Shown here: positions 1-15,867 of the stretch, piece after piece | Position numbering within the stretch: position 1 is the first letter of the stretch | Layout: each line of letters begins with the position of its first letter | NCBI RefSeq assembly: GCF_009914755.1 | Contig: NC_060938.1 | Length of the DNA: 64,000 bases | Direction: 5' to 3' (one strand) | Source of the DNA: the human T2T-CHM13v2.0 reference genome, Homo sapiens | Notes under the pieces: model-generated | Told to the model about the DNA's origin: nothing | The model's input: only the letters and a program-made list of their open reading frames with translations | Databases searched by the model: none | Position numbers and translations under genes: made by a program

Positions 1-809
<809 letters not shown>

Positions 810-872
810 TATGATGTTAGCTGGTTATTTTGCTCGTTAGTTCATGCAGTTTCTTCCTAGTCTTGATGGTCT

Positions 873-1889
873 TTACGTTTTGGCATGATTTTGCAGCGGC
901 TGGTACCGGTTGTTCCTTTCCATGTTTAGTGCTTCCTTCAGGAGCTTTTTTAGGGCAGGCCTGGTGGTGACAAAATCTCTCAGCATTTGCTTGTCTGTAA
1001 AGTATTTTATTTCTCCTTCACTTATGAAGCTTAGTTTGGCTGGATATGAAATTCTGGGTTGAAAATTCTTGTCTTTAAGCATGTTGAATATTGGCCTCCA
1101 CTCTCTTCTGGCTTGTAGGGTTTCTGCCAAGAGATCCGCTGTTGGTCTGATGGGCTTCCCTTTGAGGGTAACCTGACCTTTCTCTCTCATTGCCCTTAAC
1201 ATTTTTTCCTTCATTTCAACTTTGGTGAATCTGACAATTATGTGTCTTGGAGTTGCTCTTCTCGAGGAGTATCTTTGTGGCGTTCTCTGTATTTCCTGAA
1301 TCTGAACGTTGGCCTGCCTTGCTAGATTGGGGAAGTTCTCCTGGATAATATCCTGCAGAGTGTTTTCCAACTTGGTTCCATTCTCCCCATCACTTTCAGG
1401 TACACCAATCAGACGTAGATTTGGTCTTTTCACATAGTCTCATATTTCTTGGAGACTTTGCTCGTTTCTTTTTATTCTTTTTTCTCTAAACTTCCCTTCT
1501 CACTTCATTTCATTCATTTCATCTTCCATTGCTGATACCCTTTCTTCCAGTTGATTGCATCGGCTCCTGAGGCTTCTGCATTCTTCACGTAGTTCTCGAG
1601 CCTTGGTTTTCAGCTCCATCAGCTCCTTTAAGCACTTCTCTGTATTGGTTATTCTAGTTATACATTCGTCTAAATTTTTTTCAAAGTTTTCAACTTCTTT
1701 GCCTTTGGTTTGAATGTCCTCCCGTAGCTCAGAGTAATTTGATCGTCTGAAGCCTTCTTCTCTCAGCTCGTCAAAGTCATTCTCCATCCAGCTTTGTTCC
1801 GTTGCTGGTGAGGAACTGCGTTCCTTTGGAGGAGGAGAGGTGCTCTGCTTTCTAGAGTTTCCAGTTTTTCTGTTCTGTTTTTTCCCCAT
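873..1889 (-). pseudogene. L1 ORF1p, 338 codons with one premature stop (R130*)
   Basis: ORFs 1500..1889 and 873..1433 share a frame and span 1017 nt, the canonical 338 aa plus stop. TGA at 1502-1500 replaces the CGA of NEMKREGK. Confidence 0.95.
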
Positions 1890-3424
<1,535 letters not shown>

Positions 3425-4334
3425 CGAATATGACGTATTTCTTAATTTTCAGAGTTTTGTAATCTTCGGAGAGAAAACTCTTAATTTTTAGTTTTGTAAT
3501 TCATTTTGTAATTCAGATAACTACAAGGCAGATTGGCATAAGGAAAGGTCCATTAATTTAGTAGAGTTAGCATATTTGGAAAATAAGGGATAGAAATATT
3601 GATTCCAACAGTAGAAAATCTGGGGTGGAGAAGATGAAATGTGACCAACTATTTGAAGTATGCATAAGACTTTATGCAGAAGAGGGAGAGAGGAACAGTT
3701 AGGGCAGATGTGATTGTATGATCAAAGGAGTAGGAATTGGACAGTCTGAAATTGTATAGTTGGAGATAAATTTGGATGGAAATCTGAGGTTACTAAAGGT
3801 ATTGCATAAATGAAAGATAATGCCAGAGTACAATAAGAGTTTTCAGAATTACATTTTCTGATTTTGAGAATCTAGATATAATTTAGTAACTTTTTGCTCC
3901 AATATTCTCAATAGTTTTTTAGTACTAGATTTTACATTTTAATATATAATTTCTGTTTTTATTATTTTTTTCCTAAACTTTTTCCTAAAATTATTTTTGT
4001 CCAGTCTAGTACACTGTCAGTTTATCCTTTTCCTATGGAAATACCTTATAACTGGTTTTCTTGTTTCCCCTTTTGCCCTCTTCCAACTTTTTTTCCTGTA
4101 CAGTAGCCACAGTGACCATTTAAAAAAATGAAGCAAATTTTTTCACTCTTTTGCTTCAAACTTGTGGGTGGATTTCCATCATTCTATTTTAAAAAATAGA
4201 TTAATGAACATCTAGAAGACTTTAAAAAGAAATAAGCTATTTGCGATATATAAGGGAAAAGAGTTCGATACTTCTGAAAGAACTTTCTTTATGATCCATA
4301 AAGCAAGACTTCCTGTCAGGGGTTCAGATATATA

Positions 4335-4377
4335 ATGTGTAATAGTAATAGTTCATCACCACTAGGCACTGCTTCAA

Positions 4378-4418
<41 letters not shown>

Positions 4419-4490
4419 ACCATTATTATATGCATAAGGTACTAGTATCATCTCTATTTTATAGGTAAGAAGGCAAAGGCACAGATAATT
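4335..4490 (-). mobile_element. MIR containing a (CA)n tract
   Basis: MIR core-like tctctattttataggtaagaaggcaaaggcacaga. Confidence 0.55.
4381..4412. repeat. (CA)16 microsatellite
   Basis: Read directly. Confidence 0.97.
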
Positions 4491-4689
4491 TGTATCTAAA
4501 AATCCAGACAAGGAAACCTTAGCCAAACTGGTGATCCCCAGTTTCATGGTCTTCTAATTTCGTGATCCCACTGACTGCAGATCAGTGGTGTCTGCAAGAC
4601 ATTTTTCACTTGTCATTTCTTGATTTCCATGCCTTTCTACTAAGTTCAATTTGCTGTTTGTTTAAGTATCTAGAGTGAAAATCTGTGGG

Positions 4690-5080
4690 AGTGGGAATTT
4701 TCTTAGTGTTTGTCTAAAAATGTGTTTATTTTGCCCACATTTTTTGAATGATAATTTAATAGGATATAGAACTCTAGACTAAGATATTTTCCCCCAGCAC
4801 AATGAAATATTATTTTTGGATGCTAGCCCCTGTTGCTGCAGTTGAGAAATCTATTGTTTTTCTAATTGATTTGTTTTTCCTCTTTGGTTACTCTTATTTA
4901 TTTTTAAAATTTTATTGATGTATAAAATACACATAGGAAGTGTACAAATCATAATTGTACAACTCTATTAATTTTGATATATATACACACTTACTTTACC
5001 ACTCAGATCAAGGTTTGAAAACATTTCTAGGATCCAGACTGTTCCCTTATGTCCATTCTCAGTCAACATCCACCCTTTCC
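4690..5080 (-). mobile_element. Ancient L1M fragments (ORF1-like piece and a 3' end piece)
   Basis: ggatatagaactctag...gttgagaaatct and ttttattgatgtataaaatacacataggaagtgtacaaatc. Confidence 0.55.
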
Positions 5081-5632
5081 CCTCTAGCACTTGGATCTCT
5101 CTCCTTTTTTAAAATCATAAGCTCCTATCTACGCTCAATTTTTTTTGCTCTTTTATCCAGCATTTCTAGGTGTTTATGGATGGAAGTTTTTCAGGTGATC
5201 TTACTTGAAATATGACGTTAAGTAGAAGTCTAAGGTAAAGGTTATTTCCCATTGCACTTAAAATAAAATCTCACCTACTTAACCTGGCCCACATTATTCT
5301 GTATGAACTGGCTCCTGTGCACCCCTTGAACCTCATCTCACACAACTCCCTTCCTCATTCAAGCAGCACTGGCCTCCTCTCTGTTGCAGAGTACAACAAG
5401 CCCTTTCCTAATGCCAGGCCTTGTATTTGCTGTCCCTCTGCTTAGAACCTTTTTTTCTGTAGTTCTTTGCATGGCTAGTTTACCCTTCAAGTCAGACTGC
5501 AATGTCAGCGCCTCAGTGTCCTCCTCAGTGTGACCTTAATCTCTACTCATCACTCTATATATTTCTTTCACAGCATTTATCACAGTGTATATCTTAATTG
5601 GTAATTTATTTTTATACTTCTTTAAAAAATCA

Positions 5633-6216
5633 CCTTTTATTTTAGATATAAGGACTACATGTGTAGGATTGTTACATGGGTATATTGGACCCAGATAGTG
5701 AGCATGGTACCCACTCCCTCCTGCCTCACTCTAGTAGTTGACAGCATCTATTGTCCTCGTGTTTATGTATATGTGTGCTGAATATTTAGCTCCCACTTAT
5801 ATAAATGAGAACATGTGATATTTGGTTTTCTGTTCCTATGTTAATTCACTTCAGATTATGGCCTTCAGCTACATCCATGTTGCTGCAAAGGACATGATTT
5901 CCTTATTTTTTATGGCTGTATAGTATTCCATGCTGTAGGAGGCATCGCATTACCCAACTTGAAATTATACCACAAGACTACAGTAATCAAAACAGCATGG
6001 TATGAGTACAAAAACAGACACACAGACCAATAGAACAGAATAGAAAACTCAGAAATAAAGCCATACACCTACAACAATATGATCTTCAACAAGGTTGACA
6101 AAAACAAGTAATGGGGAAAGAACTCCCTATTTAATAAATGGTGCTTGGATAACTGGCTAGCCATACACAGAAGAATGAAACTATACCTGTACCTTTCACC
6201 ATATACACAAATTAAG
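5633..6216 (-). mobile_element. 5'-inverted, truncated L1 (L1PA15/16-like)
   Basis: 5633-5937 is the L1 3' end on minus. 5938-6216 is ORF2 sequence on plus (ggaggcatcgcattacccaac...). Confidence 0.85.
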
Positions 6217-6585
6217 ATAACATTTCTTTTTCAAAAATTTAATTTTTAAATTTTTTGTTTCTGACTGCTTCTCTATCTCAAATGTCAGCTCTCTGAAATT
6301 AGGCACATTATCTGATTCATAACTATGTGATTCGTCACCACTATATTCATTTTCTAAATAAATGAATGAAATAACTTTTGTAGCTTCAGAAAATTTTAAC
6401 TCCAAAGAACATATATGTTACGTATGCTTGATCACTGAACACTTAAGAGTCTGTTCTCACACTGTGAACCAGATTCCTGCAGTGCTTAAGGCACTGCTCA
6501 CTAGGCAAGTTAGACATCTTCTGAAATCTGGGCCAGTTGTGGCAAGTTAATGATAGACCATTTAATAGACTAGCAAATAAATGTA

Positions 6586-6632
6586 TTAGGTTGGTGCAAC
6601 AGTGATTGTGGTTTTTGCCATTAACTTTCAAT
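6586..6632. mobile_element. MADE1/Hsmar1 terminal inverted repeat, single arm
   Basis: TA followed by TTAGGTTGGTGCAACAGTGATTGTGGTTTTTGCCATTA. The second arm is absent. Confidence 0.85.
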
Positions 6633-7414
6633 AGTATATCAAAAGATATCAAAATGGCAATATTTCTGGGGTGGTTCATAAACAATCTAAGCCCCATTGA
6701 TGTTGGGTCCCACTAACCCTTGTTATCTCACCCCCAACCTGCCTTCTGGGTCTAATTTTAAAGTTAAGCTCTATTTCTCCCTTATCTCTCTTTTCCAATA
6801 TAAGCTACCAGCCCATTTCTTGCTATCAAGTTTTTAAACTATTTCTGCATTTCAAATAGAGTCCTGAAAATTCCTTTCATAAATCAGAAGGGTTATCTGC
6901 CATTTTCTAAGCAGCTGATTTAAGAGAATTGGATATATAATTGTGCCAGGTCCTTAGACAGCTCATTATATATGTAAGCTTATATTTTATTGCTTCGAGA
7001 AAACTGCATAAAAGCAAAATCACAAATTCCAGCAGCATACTGAAGTGACTACATTGAATGTAGATATTAATCTTTGCATTCTCCAATCTCTTATGTGCAA
7101 AACCATTTGTGAAAGCAAAGATAGCATGCAAGCTTCTTAATGAATATTTGTCCAGTGAGCATAAGAATAACAACATTTTGATATTTTCAATCCAGGTGAT
7201 AGAGCTTTCTTTTTCCCTCTGCTCTCTCAGATGTCTCTAGTGGAGTCAATGGTTAATTAATTGGTCAATATTTTAAATATTTATTGCACTTTTACCATGT
7301 GTATAGCAATGGGAGAGGGCTATTATGTGCAGGGGGAAGAGAGTGGCATCAGTAAGGAGGTGGAGACAAAGCTTTAAGACAGTGTTTTTACATGAAGATA
7401 AGAGAACAAAATAG

Positions 7415-7730
7415 TAGTCATTTAGCAAATATTTATTAAGTACCTATCACGTATTAGGTATTGTCTTAGACATTGGAGATACATTCTCAATTCTCATGGA
7501 CTTTAAATACTACTGGAGTGAGAAAAACATTTAGCAAACATATTGGTAAATTAAATGATATATTATGGTGATAAGTATTAAGGAGTAAAATAAAGGAGTG
7601 AGGAAGTATAGCGTGTTCAAAGACTGGAGGCCTATAATTTAAATAGGGTGGTCTGGGAAAGGGACAGTGAGAACGTGATATTTGAGCAAAGACTTGAGAG
7701 AAGGTGCAAGTGATGTGGATATCACAGGAG
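7415..7730 (-). mobile_element. LINE-2 3' fragment
   Basis: catttagcaaatatttattaagtaccta...tttgagcaaagacttga. Confidence 0.7.
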
Positions 7731-8713
7731 TTTACGGTTATAGAAAAATTTAATATTAAGCAGATTATTTGTATTTGTTTCTAAATCTAATAAATAAATA
7801 AGAAAATAAATAAATAAGCAAAAAATCTTGAAACCTCTATGAATACTGTCAAATCAGCCTGATTAGTATATGGGTCTGCTCTGCTAGTCCTTTACAATCC
7901 TGTTCTTGCATCCAGTTGAGGTGTTGTCTGGCTGAGCAGATGGGCTGTTAATAAGCTTGAGTTCTATTGTGCCATCTGAATCTTCTTCATCTCTGTAGCA
8001 TTAGATGTATCACAAGGTGAGTCAGGGAGCTGGTGAGGCAGATGGCACCTATGTCTCACTGTGGTTGCATTAGGCAATGTCCTATGCATGCATATGGAAG
8101 TGCAGACAGACAGTGCAGGTGGGTGGGAGGAAACCAACTACCCAGAGAATTTTCACTAGGAATCTTCTCACAGCAGAAAACTGGAAGATTGATCACCTTA
8201 TATTTATTCCTTCATTACAATGAGGACCTCCAGAGTTTTACAGCCTAAGAAACGTGTTTTAAGAGGCAACTTCTCCAAGAACACTTCTCTAAAGAAGACT
8301 TTTTGTTTGCTCTCTTAGACTGGTTCAGGTGTGACTTTACTATGACTTTCTAAACTTCTGCTGAATTCTGCTCTTTTCACCTCTGTACAGGAAAGGGCAG
8401 GCCTTGTTGACTATAGGATTGCTATGAAACTTTCTTAAAAGTTACCCAGAGGTGGTGTCTGTCTTTCAGAATGTGGAAGATAGTATCACTTTAATTTGGC
8501 CATCTCTGAAGATGGAAATAGGGAAGGGAGTTGGTATTATAAGGAGGAATTTTGATGTTATTTTTTCTACCACTTGCATATGATTAATGGCCAATTACAG
8601 GTATTCCAAGTTAGTCATAGGATCCAGTTATTCTCATAAAATTCAAATGGTCACCTAGAAGTCAAGTTTTTTTTTCCCATAAAATATTGGGAAAGATTTA
8701 TTTGTTTCATTGC

Positions 8714-9014
8714 TTTTGTTTTGTTTTGTTTTGTTTTTGGAGACAGTGTCTTGCTCTGTTGCCTAGTCTGGAGTGCAGTGGTGCTGTCACAGCTAACTGA
8801 AGCTTCTATCGCCTGGGCTCAAGCTATCCTCTCACTTCCTGAGTAGCTATGACTACAGGTGTGCACCACCACACCCAGCAAGTTTTTATTTTTGGTAGAG
8901 ACAGGGTCTCACTATGTTGCTTAAGCTGGTCTAGAACTCCTGGACTCAACTGATCCTCCTTCCTTGGCCTCTCAAAGTGCTCGGAGTGCAGGGGTGAGTC
9001 ACCACACCTGGGCC
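8714..9014 (-). mobile_element. AluJ
   Basis: Diverged dimer with a (TTTTG)n tail and J-type gggctcaag / agggtctcactatgttgc. Confidence 0.9.
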
Positions 9015-9139
9015 AGAAAGATTTATATATTACATTTTATGATATCTACAAAGGGAAACTTTTGCTAGAAGAAAATATGTCTATTAGGCAATCATTCATG
9101 TCCCAAATTGCAATTACAAGAATCAAAAAGGATGGGGAG

Positions 9140-9350
9140 AAATAAACATATGTTGAAAACTTTCTGTGTGTTGGGTGCTTTCCATATATGGTCATCTATT
9201 TAAACTTCACAAAAGCCCCATGAGGAAGGCATTGTCCTCAATTGACGGGTAGGAGAGTTTAGGAAACTTTCCCAAGGTCACACATCAAGAAAGAGTTAGA
9301 GTCTGAGTTGAATCCAGATCTGTTTGACTCCAAACTACTTCTCACTGTGC
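9140..9350 (-). mobile_element. MIR
   Basis: cccaaggtcacaca...ttgaatccagatctgtttgactccaaa. Confidence 0.75.
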
Positions 9351-9533
9351 TATTTCCTCTCTGCATGGATGGTGCTTTCTGACTTTCCCATTAGTACCAT
9401 TAGTTACTTGTTTTACATATTTTATTGTCTCTTTGGCAGATAATGGGTATTAGGTGCCAAGAATTCATTAAAACATTATACCATAAAACAATTATTTATA
9501 AAACAATATAATATAAAAATAGTATTAACTTTC

Positions 9534-10223
9534 TGTATTAGTTATCTATTGCTATGTAAAAATTATCCCAGTTGGGTAATAATGATGCGTCAATGTAAGT
9601 TCATCAATTGTAACATATGTACCACTCTGTTGGGGGATATTGACAATGGGGGCGGCTCTGTGCACACATGGAGGGAGAAAGGATATATGGGATATTTCTG
9701 TACCTTTCTCTCAATTTTACTGTGAATGTGAAACTGCTAAAAAAAGAATTCTTAAAAAAATTTCAAAACTTATTTACCCCCAAACATAGCAAGTAATGAC
9801 AATATATATTTATCACTTTCTAAGAGTTAGGAATCTGACAATGACTTAGATGGGTGATTCTGGCTCAGGATCCCTTATGAGGCTGCATTCAAGCTGCTGG
9901 CTGGGGCTGCAGTCTTCTGAGGGCTTGTCTGGGGTAGGAGGACCCATGTGTAAGGTGGCTGTGAAGAAGAAGCCCCAGTTTTTTGCCACATGAGCCTCTC
10001 ACTAGGTTACTTATGACATGGCAGCTAGTTTTCCCCAGACCATGTGCTACAAGAGAGAAAGAGAGTAAGCAAGCTGGAAGCTGTCCTGTGTTTTACAATC
10101 TGATTTTGGAAGTGGTATTTCATCACTTCTGCTGTATTCTGTTGGTCAGTGTGGGAAAGGACTGTATAGAGGTATGAATAATAGGAGGCTATCTGTGAGC
10201 CTTCCTGGAAGTTGGCTATCACA
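9534..10223 (-). mobile_element. MaLR MLT1 solo LTR
   Basis: TG...CA ends (tgtattagttatctattgct...ggctatcaca) with a perfect 5-bp TSD CTTTC (9529-9533 and 10224-10228). Confidence 0.85.
9571..9760 (+). mobile_element. L1MC1-like 3' end inserted in the MLT1
   Basis: caatgtaagttcatcaattgtaacatatgtaccactctg...aattttactgtgaatgtgaaactgct plus an A-rich tail. Confidence 0.8.
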
Positions 10224-11094
10224 CTTTCTACAATTTTAATACTTTTTCTTGGTTGAGAATTGGGAAAAACATCTTCCATGAATTGTCTTTTTGGGCACCT
10301 TTTGCCCGCTTCTTCCATGATAATATTTAAAGGTTATCTAATTTGATCATTCTCTTGTTAGCTTAGTATCAAGCACATGTGCTGGAAAGAACTTTGATTA
10401 TTACTTTTGTAGGGACTATTCAGGCTTCATATCCTGAACACTCTTTATAGAAAGAGATACAGAATTCTTATCCTGTATCTTATTTTAGCTCTAACCCCAA
10501 CCCCAAACCTAAGCATCATATGCCTGCAAATTGCCTCAATAATGTTTAAAAAAATCCAATCATATCTGATCAAATATAGGGCCATCTTTCTATTCTGGAG
10601 TATCTTTTCTATTACTCTTTGACTGCGGCAATTTTTGTTTTATCTCCAATTGTCTCAGAGTTGAAGCTGGCAAAGTGAGAGTAAATATTCTTCCCCAGTG
10701 CAATGCACTCTGCTATTTAGACCATGTGCATTTGGTTAATACATAAGTGCCCAGTGAATAAACATGAGTTGATTTTCTTTAAATGACAGCTCCATCTTCT
10801 CAGGACATCCAAGGTCCAAAAGACCATCTGTGTCATTGTGGTAGACGTTGTAGCTTCTCCTTGCCCATCTTAAGTGCAAGTTTTTACACCTCAGCTCTTC
10901 TCTACTCAGGTTGAGCCCCTTCCCTAATCCAAGGTGACCATTATCCCTCAGCAGCTTAGATAACTCACTGTAGGGATTCTAGTGTCGGCTTTTTATAAAG
11001 CTCTCTGGCCTCTCAATCAAAGTAGTCCAGAAGCCCATATCAAGAATATTTTATCTTATTATTTGTCAAAGTTCTACTTTTTGGAAGGTGGGAA

Positions 11095-11190
11095 AACACT
11101 TGTTAAAAAATGCACATTTCTAGGCCTTCTCCAGATATTCTGAATCAGAATCTCTGTAATTGGGTGGGTAGGGAGACTCAGACTATATCT
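11095..11190. mobile_element. MER5A-like hAT fragment
   Basis: aaaatgcacatttctaggcc...tgaatcagaatctctg. Confidence 0.65.
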
Positions 11191-11191
11191 G

Positions 11192-12580
<1,389 letters not shown>

Positions 12581-13130
12581 TCATGAGGTGTGCATTATTT
12601 CTTATACGCTTGTGTTTTAAAACGAAGTTCACAAATAATTTTTATTCATTCCAAAATTTGAGAACTGCTGTGCAGATTTATCATACTTCAAAGTTGTTAC
12701 CCAGCTTAAATGCTTTATCTGGGACTTCAGTTGTCCAAATTAAAGTGACCTATGCTATAGTATGGTCAGTAGAAAATATCTATGTTAAAGTTAATTTATG
12801 AGTAGGCCAATCAGTCCTTAGGAGTATATGTGATGTGACCTCAGAAACTTCACACCAGCTTGTTTTCTTGCCTGCATCTGTGACATCTAACCTCTGAGAG
12901 CAGTAAGTGGCAAAGTCCACTTTGTCTTGGGAGCTAGTTAGTGGGAAAGAGAAGCCATCCTTGTGTGATATCCTGGGTGTGACCCTTGTTATCACTAGAG
13001 ACACAACCATCACTGTGCCTCCTCATGGATTAACTGCAGGCTGGCTGAGCCTTTAGAAACAAGTTCAGCATCCCCTAGTTTGGACTTACTGCTTTATCCA
13101 AGTCCAGCTTCTGCTTTTGGCTTCACTCAC

Positions 13131-13555
13131 CTTTTGAATTTACATTCTTTTTTGTCCAATTCTGAGAAACGTAGGTGTTTCCAAATTTACACTCTCTAAA
13201 TGTAACTGAGTGTTGATATAACGTGGCTCTGAAATACTGTTGGAGAGTCTGGGAAACAAAAAGTTGGGCAATCTTTTTGAGGAAATGCTGGGCAGTAGTT
13301 TTTACTTGTGTCTCTATTATAAGTCACATGTTCTTATAAATAAGCAAGAAAATTCCTTTAACATTAAGTGCTGTGTAAGAAAACTGGATGGAAATACGTC
13401 ACTTTTATTCCTCCTTACCATTGCTAGATTAAAGTGTGTCACTTACCTGCATGTTGGGGCCTCGAGATGCTGAGAGTAGAAATCAAGTTCTGCTCTCTCT
13501 CCATGAACTTTTGGATCAGTAGGCCGCCACTGTTAATAGAAGTAATCCTAAACCC
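13131..13555 (-). other. Two candidate spliced exons (13555-13447 and 13248-13131), probably non-coding
   Basis: Minus strand: branch-like CTAAT, ctgcattttcag/G ... CAG/GTAAGT; then ctttttgtttcccag/A ... AAG/GTGAGT. Motif evidence only. Confidence 0.45.
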
Positions 13556-15207
13556 CTGAAAATGCAGTATTATTAGCTTGAAATTTCTAGGCAAGTTTTT
13601 TTTTTAAAGATTTAACAATTTTTGGCAATTTCTACACATTTATATTACGTGGATTGTTATTTCTAATTCCTGCTATTAAATATCTGGCACAAAAGTAGGG
13701 ATGTTAAATCTTTGCATTTCAGAGCTCAGCTCAACAAACGTGGTGAAGTTTCATAACAACAAGTGGGATGCTAGTCTGTCAGTTTTCAGCAAAATGCTAT
13801 CTCTCTTTGTTATGATGCTTCTTAGTGATGATAGTTTCTCTGTAAGGCAGTCCTTGGTATTAACTGAATATAATTAAGCTTTACTTCTGCATTGTAGCAA
13901 TTAAAGTAAAATAGAAGAAAAATCTGGCCTGATACATGTTAGAGTTGTTAGATTTTCATTTCCATCCTCTATTTCTATTTGTGGAAAATTCTCCATTCTC
14001 CCACCATTCTCCTCCTAAAGAAGCTTCAAGGGCCCTTTCTTCCTTTTCCCGCCCTCTGGCATTGAGGATAAACTAGATCCCAAGATTCAGCAGCTACCTC
14101 AGCTGCCTAGGAGCCAGCTCAAGATTTTTGTACATGTTAGATTGAAAGGCTTAATGGACTCCCAAGGGGGAGAGATCTAGCAGGCAGTTGGACACATGGA
14201 CAACACATTTATTTTACAAAGTTGGACAATGAAAACAATATATCAACTCAATGTTTCTGTTTCAGTAGCAAAATATTTGCAAGCATTATGTAATAAAATA
14301 TGAAATAATATAGAAGTAACCTGATAGATAATTTGTACATAATGTCTTAGTAATGTCTAAGGAAATTGGTAACATCAATTCAAATTACAGAATTATCATA
14401 ATGGTTTAGTTATATGAAAAGACTGTTAACATTTCATTGGTCACCATTGATAATCTCTTTTTATTAGATTTATATTTAACAGTGATTAAGTACCACAATG
14501 TGCTGGCAACAGAATAGAATAAGGGCTCAGAAATTGTTCCTCTCCAGTGATCTTATAATCTTGCCTTATGCCCATGAATTTTCTTTTTTATTTCTTCTGT
14601 GTGGACCATGGAACAGTTTGCATTATTACTGCTCATAAATTCTGCCCTGATGAGATTAGTTTTATAGATGTAGAATCAATAATACTTGAACACATTTGCA
14701 GCTGTGTACTGCCCAGTATTGCTCATTAATGGCTTTAAAAGAATCAGTGCATTTTGCTAGAAGCAAAGATAATGAGCCATTGATTATCCCTGCACAGCAC
14801 AATTTACAGCCCATTTTATTTTTAATGCAATGTTAAATTAATTTGTAAAAGATCAGAAGCATTGCTTTATTTTCAAGCTGTGATTAAACAGTTATTGAAC
14901 TTTTCATGGAGAGCATTAATCAATTCTCATCTCTTCTGATTTCCCAGAGTTCTCTGAAAATAAAGATGAATAGCTTGTGATTACCCACACTTATTGTGAG
15001 GCAGCAAACATGGAGGAGAAAACATCCTTATGGGGTTCATCTCTATGTGATGGAATTTGTCAGGAAGGGTTCTAGTCCATGTATTTTTCCTTAAGTTCAG
15101 ATTATGGATATATTCTAGATCAATGAGTGGGGATGGAAATTTCACTAGAGTTTTAACTAAAAGCACCTTGAAGAGTATGAAGATACATAGAAGTTAAGGC
15201 ATGCATG

Positions 15208-15867
15208 TGTATTAGTTAATTCTTCCACTGCTATAAAGAAATACCTGGTCAGGCACAGTGGCTCACACCTGTAATCTCAGTACTTTGGGAGGCCAAGGTG
15301 GGTGGATCACTTGAGGTCAGGAGTTTGAGACCAGCCTGGCCAATATGGTGAAACCCTGCCTCTTCTGAAAATACAAAAATCACCCCTGAGTGTTGTGGCA
15401 CACACCTGTAATCCTAGCTACTTGGGAGGCTGAGGCAGGAGAATCAGAACTCAGAGGCAGACGTTGCAGTGAGCCAATATCGTGCCACTGAACTCCAGCC
15501 TGGGTGACAGAGTGAGACTCCGTCAAGACCTGAGACTGGATAATTTATAAAGAAAAGAGATCCACAATTCCACAGGCTCCACAGGAAGCACGGCTGAGGA
15601 GGCCTCAGGAAACTTACAATTATGGCAGAAGGTGAATGGGAAGCAGGCACATCTTGCAAGGTCAGAACAGGACGAAGAGAGTGAAGGGCAGGTGCTACAC
15701 ACTTTTAAACAACCAGATCTCATGAGAATTCACTCACTATCACGAGAACAGCAAGGGAGAAATCTGTCCCCATGATCCAGTCTCCTCCTACCAGGCTCTG
15801 ACTCTTAACACTGGGGATTAAAATTCTGTATGAGATTTGGGTGGAAACACAGATCCAAACTATATCA
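15208..15867 (-). mobile_element. MaLR MSTA-like solo LTR interrupted by an Alu
   Basis: tgtattagt...cactgctataaagaaatacctg...cacagatccaaactatatca; TSD gcatg/gcaag. Confidence 0.9.
15247..15526 (+). mobile_element. AluS with almost no A-tail
   Basis: ggtcaggcacagtggctcac...gagactccgtcaa, followed directly by LTR sequence. Confidence 0.92.

Larger units (their letters stand above)
4050..6370 (+). mobile_element. LINE-2 3' region split into pieces (about 4050-4190, 5245-5620, 6255-6370)
   Basis: L2-like motifs in colinear order, ending in aaataaatgaatgaa. Confidence 0.65.
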
